Assembly: GCA_015231405.1 (NCBI GenBank)
Contig: JADGBR010000005.1
Location: 40,034-104,033 of the forward strand
Source: Candidatus Omnitrophota bacterium
Lineage (GTDB): Bacteria > Omnitrophota > Gorgyraeia > Tantalellales > Tantalellaceae
Reading direction: 5' to 3'
Length of the DNA: 64,000 bases
Made by a program: the position numbers and the translations under genes. Of this stretch, positions 1-12,300 are shown in pieces (the stretch's first letter is position 1; every line of letters starts with the position of its first letter). The notes under the pieces are model-generated. The model was not told where the DNA came from. It did not search any database and saw only the letters and a program-made list of their open reading frames with translations.

Positions 1-1
1 A

Positions 2-343
2 GTATTTGCCGCGGTGTGCGCCGTCTCTTCTTTCGTCGCCTTCACCATGCTAAGAGGCAGTACGCTTAGTGGCCTCTCCTCGAGAACGCTTTTGATCTTC
101 CCGGCCCTCTCTTACGCGTTCTCATCATTTTATTTCACCGCGGCGCGGGTCAAATGGGCGATCTTGCCGGACTACCTGCGCGTTCTTTTCCTCTCGCATT
201 TATCGGTATGTCTCGTCTCGGCCTTTTCACTCGTCGTTTTCGCGGTTCAACTCGCTAACATTAAACGGTTCACACGTATCATGGATGAGCACTTGTCGAA
301 GACCCGGCCCGACGATATGGAGACGGATATTTCCGTCCAATAG
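2..343 (+). CDS. 3' end of a putative membrane protein (open at window start)
   Basis: Frame open from position 2 to TAG at 343; three hydrophobic stretches and a polar tail; convergent with the giant gene and not overlapping it. Confidence 0.5.
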   Translation, partial: VFAAVCAVSSFVAFTMLRGSTLSGLSSRTLLIFPALSYAFSSFYFTAARVKWAILPDYLRVLFLSHLSVCLVSAFSLVVFAVQLANIKRFTRIMDEHLSKTRPDDMETDISVQ

Positions 344-375
344 AGACTGTGCACGGGTGCGCGGTTTGTTGTGAT

Positions 376-3300
376 TTACACCGATCTCATAAACCGCAGG
401 AACTTTTCGAAACGGTCGGCTTTTCCTCCGCCGGGGGAACGTTCTATTTTGGGGAGAATGGTGAAAACCATGAAACCCAGCTCGGGGTCGTTCGATATGT
501 CGTCTATGCCAAGCTCTTCGAGGTTTATTCCCCTCTTTTCGAGCCCGGCCATGAAAGTATTGACATCTACGTTGAGGAGTTCCTTATTGAGCGATAGTGC
601 CACTATTTCAGCCAGGGGATAATAATATCCGGGATAGAACGCCTTCTCTTTTTCGTTCTGGCGGATCATGACCGGTCTCACGTCGGCTCCCATCCCTCTA
701 TATGAAGAGGCATTCGAAGCGTCACCGGTATAGACAAAAATATAGTTACCCTCCATATCCTTTCCGGAAACACCGTTCTCGTCCAGTTTCACCTCTAGGT
801 CCGCTTTATCCGTAAAAAATGTTAAAACGATATTATCGAGAAACCGGCGCATGTTCTTCTTTTCAACGTCTCCTCCCTCAAGTTTTACCACTGAATCTTT
901 CCACTCGTTGACAATCTTCTCGAATCTCTCTTTATCAAATCCCTTTTCCGTGACGCCATCTTCGATGGCCACTATAAGCATTTTCTCCGAACCCACCCGG
1001 CGCGTGAACCTCATGAACGCGGACTGTAAGGACCAGGCCAGCTCCTCCTCCTTCCTGATATCGCCTACGCAATCGGCGACGAGGTCTTCTATCCCGGTTT
1101 TTTTTTCGGCGTTTTCCTTAGCCTCGGACACCGCCCGGTAAAGGGTTATTGCCGGTTGGCTCTCTTTGGCCATGCGCGGGGCTATGATAACCCCTTCCGG
1201 CATCTCGGCGCCTTCCTCATGGCCTGTATAAATTTTTATCAAGTCCACATCCCAGTCTATGCCGGCCGCACGGAGATCATCCCTTGTCAAAGCGAGCATG
1301 CTGCGGTCGTTTCCGGGATCCTTCGCCGTTCCGACCGAATCGGCGAGTATAACTACCCTTTTCAAACCGAACTGCTTTATCATACGCATGACGCTCGCGC
1401 CTTTTGTTATAGCTATGACGTCTACGCCTCCGGAGGAAGTCACGACTTCGACTGAAGAGGATATCTTCCCGGACCGTTTAAGTTCATCTATTACCACGCG
1501 TAGCCGCCGCGCCATATCGAACCTTTTGGGTTTCAGGTCGACCTCGTCTTCCAGATATATCGTAACCCCGCCTTTTTCAGCCTTTATCCTTATATGGTCG
1601 GCTCTTTTATTATCGATACTTTCTGCCATGATCGTCTCGAGTAAGGCTTTTTTAGCTGCTTTCCGGACTTCCTCTACGGCGCCGTCACCCCCGATCACGG
1701 ACCTGACAAAACCCTCAATATCCCCGGTACGGCCGTCTTTCCTTAAAAGCCGGCCATCCGCGCCTGTATTAGTAAGGATCCGGTACGGCGTATCCGCGCC
1801 GATGGCGGACGCCCTCTCTATCCCTCCCATCCTTATCATGAAATCATCCCAGGGAAGACCCGTAACCGTAAAATTCAATACTCCGTTCATCGACATCCCC
1901 GCCCGCGCCTGTATCGTATCGTCCGACGCCACCCGATCGTCCCTGTCCCTGTCGACGCCATCAAAATCTGAGAATACCCCGTCCACACCCGCCAACCTTA
2001 GCGCATCGCCAAGAACTTCTTCATATGCCACGGCACGGATCCCGACCCCTTCACTTACAAGGCCCATGACCGCCCCGGCTATCTCTTCAAGCGGCAGGTT
2101 CCGGGCTCCCGGAACCGCCTCGAGCACTTTAGAAGGCATCTTTCCGGCCCCGGCGAACGGCCCGTCGGGATCGACTTTCTGGGTAATTATCTCCGCTCCG
2201 GCGGAAGCCGCCTTTTCGGCTCCCAATACCCCGTCATAGCCTAAGCCTGAAGTCTGTATGATGATTACCTTATCTCTGAAAAGTTCCGCCGCGGAAGAAT
2301 ACAACACATCTATCGCTCCGGCTTCCTCAAACTGATGGCAATCCGTTTCATCCCTGAATACCCGCGCGACCGTCCAGCCTTCGCTATCCCTCAGAACATA
2401 AACGAACTTCGCAATAACGGCCATACCTTTTTCGAGGATAATATCCTTTGTCCGGCTGTCGCCGAAATATTCATTATCAGCCAGAACAATGTTCCGTCCC
2501 GACTCACGAATGAAACGTGCGAAGTCCCCCCCGGCCAATTTTGCAAAATGGTCCAGATGCTCCGCCGCCACGACCGGAGGATGATCCGCGGGAAGCCTTT
2601 TAATTATCTCCTCAAGTGCTTGGTAACCGTACCGCGACCCGCCTATCGCTATTATGTTCCCGATTTCTCCGGTCTTTACGGTCGCGCTTTCCTGTTCGGC
2701 CGCGTTCATGGCCGGCGCTTCTTTTCCCTTCTTCATGACAAAAACGGCGCTCCCTTTGGCGTGGATCTTGAACTCAAGTTTTCCATCACGGATATTGTGC
2801 GCCAGACCGCTCACCCGGTCGGTGATCGACGCCCCGGCGTATCCCTCTCCCGGAAGAAAAGAGATATCCTGGTCGACCTCGCTCGTATTGAAGAAGATAA
2901 AAGCGTTCTCCCCTTTATACCTCCTCAGCATGACCACGAGCCTCCTCTCGTCATCGGCGGAAACTATCTCGAAAGAGCCGTATTTCAGAGACGGGGTTTC
3001 GTTGCGGAGGCGGGCCATCTTCCTGTAGTGTTCGCGGAGTTCGATGTCGGGTTTACCGGCGGCCGTTTCTTCCCAGAGCATGGGCCTGCGGCAACCGGGA
3101 TCGTTATCTCCCGGAAGGCCTATCTCGTCGCCGTAGTAAATAACAGGCATACCGGGAGCGGTCAAAAGGTATGTGGCGAGCTGTTTTGAGACCTTTCTGG
3201 CCGCGTCGATCTCATCCGGGCCGGCCTCGAGCTTATAACTGCCGTCAAGGACCACTTGCCCGTTCTCGTATCCGGAATGATTACGGACCCTCGCGTAATC

Positions 3301-6300
3301 ACCGTAAGCCATATGGTCAACTCTTTCCTTGGGCGGATTCGGTTCAAGACGCGCCGTCGCTATCCTCTCGGTGTCATGGGTGCCAAGCGAGTTAAAGATC
3401 GTATCCCTCAGACGGGCAGGATACAGCCCCGCGAGCCCCTCTATAGCCCTTACGAATGTGCTGGGCTTCAATCCGTCTATGAATAACCGCGCTGACGCCC
3501 ACAGGAATGGATAGTTCATCGTGGAGTCAGAAGTTCCTTCGTTCATCTGTTCATAGGTATTACCCCAATCCGGTTCCGAAATAACAATGGCCTCCGGGTC
3601 GATCGCTTTCATCATGCCGTAAAGCTGCTTCCTGAATTTTGGGTGCAGCTGGCATTCGACGTCAAGCCTCCATCCGTCTATGCCACGAGCCGCTTTTCCG
3701 TCCACTGTCCCGGGGATCATCCATCTTTTCAGGATATTATTGACGTACTCCACATACCCGCGCGGATAATTCCCCTCGTTATCGCGTCTCAATTCGGGTA
3801 AAGCGTCGACATCTCCCCACCAGCCTTCCCATCCGAAACTACCGTCATCATTCCTCCACCACTTATACCAATCAAAAAACGGAGATGGTTCGCCTCTTTT
3901 CGTCTTCTCGATAATATCCTGTAACGCGAAAAATTGATTCCCTGTATGGTTGAACACCCCGTCCAGCACCACCTTTATCCCTTTCTCATGGGCTTCGCTT
4001 ATGAGTCGCATGAAAAGTTTATCGGCGCTTGTCCATACCCACTTATTCGGGTCAAGCGGATCCTCTGTCTCGATAAGCCTCATATCCCCTTCGGGATCGG
4101 GCCCGAACCACGGGTCTATATGGTGCAATGTTTTCGCGTTATACTTATGGTGGGTGTCGGCCCAGAAAACCGGGTTGAAATAAATGAACCCTATACCCAT
4201 ATCTTTCAAATAATCAAGTTCATCTATGACTCCCTGAAGATCGCCGCCGTATTCCCTCGTCCAAAGAATAGAGTCCGGGTGTTGGCCATGGCTTTCGGCC
4301 CATTTTTTCTCAAAGTCGGTCAGCTCATACCACGGTTTGTCCCAGGATACGGGGCCGATGGAATAAATCCGGCCATGTCCCGCGGGTATCTTATCCCGGG
4401 GTTTATTATTACCAAGCGACTTCTTGAAACGATCCACCATGATCTGGTACCCGACCTCTCCCGCGAATTCACCGAACGGCGAACTCTCGAGCGCGGGTTC
4501 GGGCGCCGCGAGCGCGACCCGCGCGTCGATGACCGCCGGCCGGGCCGCGAGTTCGGACGGAACAGGCTTCGGAGGCTGTACGCCGCGGAGTTTGTTCAGA
4601 TAATAGTGTATATCCGCCTTTATATATTTGACCCTGAACGGTTCGCCCGGTTCATAATGCCCCGCGGTTTTCCCGCCGGAAGCGTCGTCTCCGCCTGTCC
4701 AGAATATCCGGAAGATCGTGGCCCCTTCGGATAAAGGCGCCCCCCATCGGCCGTCGGGGAGCTCGCGTATAGCCGTATAATGGACATTCGCCCAGGACTT
4801 CTCGTCCGGAAGTAATGTGCCGGACCAGACGAAGCCTTTCGGAAGTTTTTCGGGGTTCGGCCCCGAAACGGCTATACCCGCGGGTATCCCTTCGTAGGCC
4901 CAGATCTGGTGGCCGTCGGTGAAGGGATCGTAATACTCCGTATCTTCGGGCGGGCATGCCTGCCTGCCGGCAAGGCAGGGGGCATCCGCCTTCGCCAAGG
5001 CTACGACGGACAGGTGGAGCTTGGGGCTTGGGGCTTGGGTTATCGTATCATCATCGGCTACGGACGCCACTTCCTTCAATTGAGAAAAAACAGTGAATGG
5101 GTTAATGGAAAGATCCTCCCGATAACGTTCGTAATATTCAAACCGAATAATCTCGTTGATATCGAACCCGCCGGCTAACAACCCTTCTGTCTCCGTACGC
5201 GTCTTATCGAAGTTTTTTTGCGCCCATTCCCAAATAGCGCTGGAAGAAAGGTCTATTCCTTCAAGTATCTCAAAATGAAGATGCGGACACGCTTCCGAAG
5301 CTATTTCCCCGATAATATCACCCTGTTTTACTTCTTCCCCGGAATTTAATTTTGAATATACATGGCGGTATAAACTAACCTTCCCCTTACCATGATCAAT
5401 AACAACAGAATTAAAACTTGTCCCGGCTGATTTTTGTCCGATAAACACTCTCCCCGGTAAAACTGCCCTGACAGAGGTGCCTACTTTTACGGGGTTCGTC
5501 TCTCCTGCCTCATTTTGATATTCATAAAAATCTATCCCCTCATGGTCAGGCCATGAATCCTGATACGACGCCCCTTCCCGCCCTGATCTCCAGTTCCACC
5601 TGGACCCATACCCGGTTCCCTTGCGAAACACAAACCTCTTAAATCCCGGCAGGTCTTTTGTATCAATAGGCAATACCGGAACCCCATGCCCTTCAAGCTG
5701 TTCCGTAAACATCTCAATATCACCGAGCGTCGCTTGAGGGCCGGCGAAATTTGTGTTGAAGAAATTCTGCCATCCGGGAATGCCGTGATAGCGGTTCTCG
5801 CCTACGTTGACGATAATGTCTATCCCCTCGGTGCCTACGGCGTTCCCGTCGTTCCAGTACTCCCACAGCTGGTCGCCGTAAAGGGCGAGAAGTTCATGTT
5901 TATCCCGGCCGAGATGGTCGATAAGCCTGAGGAGCCCTTCGGATTTCTGGAGGCCCCAGCTCTCAAAAACGACCTTATAAGAATCGGACAGAACGTCGTA
6001 AATAAAAGCCTGTTTGCCGCCGCATAATATGACCGGGATATTGGAAAGTAAATGGAGCTTACCTCTTTCGGCAAAATAACCTCTCATTATCTCGTAAAAC
6101 CTTTTATAGAACCACTCATTGTCCCCCTTGGTATTAAATACAAGCACCCCGCCTTTTTCCACATAACGCTCTACCGCGCCGAGCACCTCATCGTTCATAT
6201 CCGCGCCAAATTTAAGCAATGTATCGTCAATATCGGCGGATATTACAGGGGTTTTACCCGAACCCATAATGCGAGCCAGCCTGTCTTTTAACGCCTGGGC

Positions 6301-9300
6301 CCTGTCAGCCGGTTCATACAGCCCCTCGCCGGCATACGCCCCCGTGACCGGATCGTTCTTAATGTCTATTTCGCTTATCCCTATCCTGTCCTTAGTGACA
6401 TCGCCTTCGGGGATCCTGATATTACAGGCGAACTTAAGACGCCCGTCCATTTCCCTCGCGTAGAATATAAATTCGTCGCCTCTGGCGCCGAGCGGCGACA
6501 AGCCGAGCTTGATGTAATCGGTCCCTCCCAGTTTAACGACGAGACCCTCGTTCAGGGCGTATTCGAGCGGAGTTCTTTCATCGCCAATAGGGGGATAATG
6601 CGGACAAACCAGGCGGAGCGACCTGGCCAGTTCCGCTATTTTCCGGGCATTGTCGCCCTCCGCCAGGACTTTATGAACAGCGTTGATATCCATGGGAATA
6701 TCCGACGGCATGCTGAGACCAGGATTACTCCCGGCCCCCAGGACTTTGACGCGGACATCTTCCACTTTAAGTGCCGGACTCCCGGCGGAAACGGTTCCCG
6801 TCTTGGCAGGTTCCGTCAATACGCCCCTTTCAGGCCAGATCTCGAATACATGAACCTCCCTGGGCGCAAGTTTATAATAGATGCTCCCTTCCGGACGACC
6901 GAGCGCGTCCCCTTTGGAAAACACATTGATCCCCGGCATAAATTTAATGACATCATACGAAGAACGGTCAAATAGCTCGAACTCTTTCCCCGGATCGATG
7001 CCCATAGTATGCAGCTCGACTGGCGTTATCCCTTCAATAGTGCTGTCCGACATGTTTCTTATACCGACGGCGTATCCGCCCCTGCCGTCCAATGGATAGC
7101 GGAAAACAGTGACTTTCTCATCCGCTGAAAGGATGACGATCTCTTTGGTGGTTAAAATATCCCGGAACACCCATGGCGATCTTATTGAAGAAACTTCCCT
7201 GATCAGTTCCGCCGTTCTATTGAACTCTTTATATCTTTCCAGGAATATTCCCTGTTGTTCTCCGGGTAAAAGCGCCCGGATAAATCTGGCGAGCGGTGGA
7301 ACTGTCCTTTTGTCAGAAGGTATCAACTGTTTGACATCAGTGAACCTGGCCTCTCCGCTGGCCAGAGACCTGATAAGTCCGAGCGCCTGGAAACTCGTGA
7401 CATCGCCCGGAAGGGTCAGGCGGATCCCGCGTTCTGTCACGATCAAACGAAAATTATGAAGACCGTATTCGTTCTGCGTCGCGCCGTCTTTATCCACCCA
7501 GTGGGCTAAAAGCTTGATATTATGTATCGCGGCCGTGATCTCGGCAAGCTGGCTGAATATCTCTTCTTCCACCCTTCGAACGGTGACGCCAAACCTCGCC
7601 GCTATCGCGGCTATGGCCTCCGGAGTAACATTGCTCAGACGTTTACCGTCTTCCTCATAATCGTATAGGACAAGACCGCGGTTCTTTATCTCGCTTTCCG
7701 GGAACTCTAGCGGTACTCCGTAAAGCTCATATGTGCCGGGCGTGAGGTATATCTTCTGTTTCCACGGGACGATATATCCTCTAAGCGGATATATCCCTCT
7801 TATCCTGTCTATTATGCCTGACCGTTTATCGCACGCGGTATCGAGCCTCGCCGGATTATCCCCGGGAATAAGGGCCTCGAAAGCGGAACCGATAGTTCCG
7901 TCGCCGTTCCTTGTGAATACTATATGCCGCCTGAACGATTCGCTGACGGGGGTCATGAAAAGATCTTTTCCGATACGGATATACAGCCCCTCTTCCAGCG
8001 CGAATTGAAGCGGCGGCCTCGTATCGTACCGCGTCAGGTCGTACGGACAAGCGTTCCGGCACAATGTAGCGGTCTTGAGGAAATCATAGATAGTCCCGTC
8101 ATCCCCGAAAACGGCCTCCATCGCTTCATCTTTTGATGATATGTCTTTCGTTATATTCAAGCCCGACGAAGCGCTTATTTCAGCCAGTTTTGCCCTGATA
8201 ATATCCTTATCATAAGCCCCTCCTTTGACCGGCTCACGGACCGCTCCGCCCTTGACCTTCATGGAAAGGTCGAGAGCGGAATTATCCCCTATGTACACAA
8301 CATGATCTAGCCTCTCGAGCGCCAATAAGGCAAGCCGTCCCTCGTGAGATCCGGGAGTTCCGCCGTACGGGATAAGCTCCGCCCTCAACTTCTCCCCGAG
8401 GTCTCGGCTAAGTTTCCTGACGATCGCGTCTATCTCAATCCGCGCAGCGGCGTCCGGAAGACCCTGCATACCCCGGGTGATCTGGGCGGCAAGCGATACC
8501 ATATCGCCCTCGCCGATAAAACGCTGGACGGTCAAGATATCCGTCCCTCCGCCTTCGGCCATACCTCCGGAGCCAGGGGTTTTATCACCGCTCAAGATGG
8601 GTATGGCATCTCTTGCGAGTTTCGCGAAATCCCTGTATTTTTCCGTTATTCTCTTCTTTCGTCCCCCGGCTGATGGAGTTGTCCCGGCAAGGCGTTTCAG
8701 CTCGTCCTCTATTCTTAGAGCGGCGGTGCGCCAGTCGTGGCCGTTCTTATGCGCCTCCACAACCAAGGCGATCAGTTCCCGAGCCGTCACGTTCTCATCC
8801 GAAGCTTTTCCATCAAGGTCCGCTAAATCGACTCCCGTAATGACGAATTCCGCGAGTGCTTTCTCGGCAGGCAATAATCTCGCGCCTCTCCCTCGAAGAT
8901 TTTGCGCGAGTTCGTTTAAACCCCTTTCTATTTTACGACCCCTGGAGACCACCCCTAATAGCACATTGATAAAATCATCGTATAAAGCGTAATGCCCCGG
9001 GCAACCTTCCGCTATATTCCGCGCGGCACGGCACCGCCCCGGAGCGTCTTTTATCCCGGGAAGGACCCGCCGGCAAAGCGCCATGAACATCTTATCCTTA
9101 TCAGGCATTTGTATCTCTTCTATCGAATAGTAAAGACGCATCGCCGTTCTCGACACGAAAGGATGCGCCTCCGACAAAATGCACTTCTTGAGCGCCCCGG
9201 CGAGCTTCATCGATGTTTCGGCCGGTATCAACATACTTTCAAGGCTGTAGGTGCTTTCCGGGAGTTCACCTATACCCCTCATCTGCCTCGTTTCGGCCAG

Positions 9301-12300
9301 ATCCATAAATTTTTGTTCCAGCGCCTCGAGCGCGGCGAAACTTCGGGCATCGTCATTACTTGAAGCCAGATCATCAACGACATCGCCGATGGTTTTACCA
9401 ATAAATAATTCATACTGGGTGTCCCCTCGCATAAACTCTTTCATAACGGCATAAGAATTCCAGCCATATCCCGTCAAAGCATCACGATACGCCTTTTTCC
9501 ATATTACGCCGCGCCATTCCTTCCCAAAAAGTGATGGAGAAAAAGCGACGGATGAATCTTCCAATTTTGACAAAAGCGCTTCGGGTGCGCCGTTACTCAA
9601 AGACACGGCGAATTCCAACACAACCAGCAGTATACGGTCGAGATGTGTCCCTAGAGATTCCGTGTCAATGTAATCAGCCGCCCTTATAACTATCTCCCTC
9701 AACTCATCCCGGAATTTCTCGCCGATCAATTCCATGGCCGCGGATGCGTCCTCAACATTTATATGGGTATATTCCACACCATCCGAGTGCCCCAGATCTA
9801 TTAGCTTTTCAGATTTAACGCCCCAAATGAACGACAGGAAAGAATAGATCGTTTCTGCCGCCGTGTTCCCGTCATACTTCTCCATTACCGCCTTTATCGT
9901 TGTTTCCGTATAAGCGTCGTATTTCCTTCTCAAAAGTTCCATCATCGCCATACAGAGGACATCTTCCATTTTTATTTCGCTGGCGACGACCCGTCCGAAA
10001 ATCGCAGGCACCGCGAGAAGATCCGCCATTTCAGGGACATCGTTGATCAGCTTCGCGTAATAATCCCTTATGAGCTCCCTCAATTCCGGGTACTTTACGA
10101 CCGCGGCGACGAACCGCCGGGTCGCTTCGTCCATCCTTCGACCGATATCGTTCTTTTCTCTTTCGGCCAGGAACTTCGCTTCAGCGTCTGAGGTGGGTTT
10201 ATAAGCTTTAATATGCTCTTCAGCGTCAGGATACCTCGCTACGGCGGCTAACCATGAAAAGAACTCCGAATTGAGATTGTCACCCGGATAAGCTCTCAAC
10301 GCGGACATGTAGGCGATAAAACTTTCTTTTAATTCTTTAGTCTCTTCACGCGCATCGTCGGACCCGTTCACGATCCGGGATATTTCCGCCACCGAAACGG
10401 ATTCCGATGTATATCCCTCCGTTACGTCCATCCTCTCCCCTCGCGCCGTTATAGCGGCCTCTATAGCTTCATGGTAGACAATATGCCCGTTATCGACCGG
10501 CCTATAAACGAACGCGGCCATTGGATATCCCATGACCGCCGCGATAATAAGTTTATCCTTTAGCGTGAGGTAATGCCCGTCACCCTCTATTCCCTTCGTC
10601 CTCGACTCCAGCATCGAGAGCATCGCCATCATCTGCACCGGCGAAAAAGAGCACCCTAGGAATACGGCGCCTTCGCCACCATTAAAACCCGCCATCACAT
10701 ACCGCCATTCGCTGAAATCATCCACATATATAACGCGCCCCGAACCCTTGATGTCGCCGTTCAATATTGGGCTAAGGGCCCTCGTAAGGCGGACGAATTC
10801 ACGATGTTTCTTGTCCCATTCCCGGGCCGCCTGGCCTTGACCCTCACCGTCCCCGGCCAGACGTTTCAATGTCAGTTCTATCGCTTCGGCCTTTCTTCTC
10901 CAATCCTCGCCGGCATCAAACGCGCGCTTTATACGGCTGATAAGCTCCTCTACCGGAACGCGCGGATCCGCGGCCGCACCAGTCTCATCCTCCATCATTA
11001 GCGGAGAGAACAACCCGGGCATAAGCGCGGCTAAAGTGTCGTATATTGCGTGTCCCCGTGTATTGACGTAATACCTCGCGAATCGGACGCTAGCGTAAGT
11101 TCCGCCCATAACTATCGCCAAACCCGCCCAATAGCCAAGAATAAAACCGAACGATGAAACGTATATCCCCGCCGATACTGTAAGCCCCATGGCCGCCCAT
11201 ACGCCGATAAGCGCGAGGGGCCTAGTCACCCTGTCTCGCAAATAACCCCATTTGGAATCTTTCCAGGCGGTATTCTTATGCTTTGGAAGAAAGCCAATGA
11301 TCGCCAGGAGGTCTCTCCATTCACGTTTAGCTGTTTCAAGGGAATAGGCCCACTTTTCATTAAAAGTCATCGGCCGGAAAACAAGAGTCGGCATGACCAG
11401 TTGCTGTTTTCGTTCTATTAGGGACCCATCATCCCATATTTCATCGTCAATATTCATTTCCAATAGTTCCCGGAGCTTCATCCCTAGCGAAGCCGCTTCT
11501 CGTATGATCTTGTTCGTTATCCCGTAATTGTCTATTTTTCTCGCCTCAACGCCGCCCGATGCGATGATCACGTTCACACCCGGGAAAGTCCTCCTGATAT
11601 CCCCGATAAGGCTTTCCCTCTTCGTAGCCATTATCGCCTTACCTCGAGGGGTTTCATCCAGCCAATCGCCGTATTTTCTGAGACGCTCCGGCTGTTCTTT
11701 CTCAGCGGCAAGATACTCGGAATAACTCGTTTCCAAATAACCGTAACCGAATTTTTCGAAACTGAACGCGAGGATGGCGTTCTTATATTCCCGCTCGGGG
11801 ACATTTCTGATCGTCGTATTATATATCCTCGAGCGTTCAAGATTCCCGTTGATGATCAGGTTCGCCGTTACAAGATCGGTCTTTTGGGGAAAATCCTTAT
11901 CGGACCTTCTCGTCCCGAGTTCCCGCGTGTCTACCGCCTGCGGATCGTTCTCAATACATACAACATCACTGGCCCCAAGAAGAAAAGCCGCGTTACCGAT
12001 AACGGCATTGCGGCTGAACGCGTCAATAAATGTATGCCCTTCGATATTCTTTCGCTCGGCCTGCATCGCTATCAGCTGCCCTATGGTCGAATCGAGATAA
12101 TAGGACCTGCCGCTAATGTACTTACCCGCCTTATAAGGGAACCACCCATAATGCCCTTCCGGGGCTATTTCCTCATACAGCTTGACGACATTTCGATACT
12201 TCGAGAGAAGAAGGTCCACGAGCGGTTCTCTACTCCCGGATCTGGCCGCGGCGTTCAATACAAACATGTCCCCGGCCCTGAAATAGACAGGCCCTTCGGC

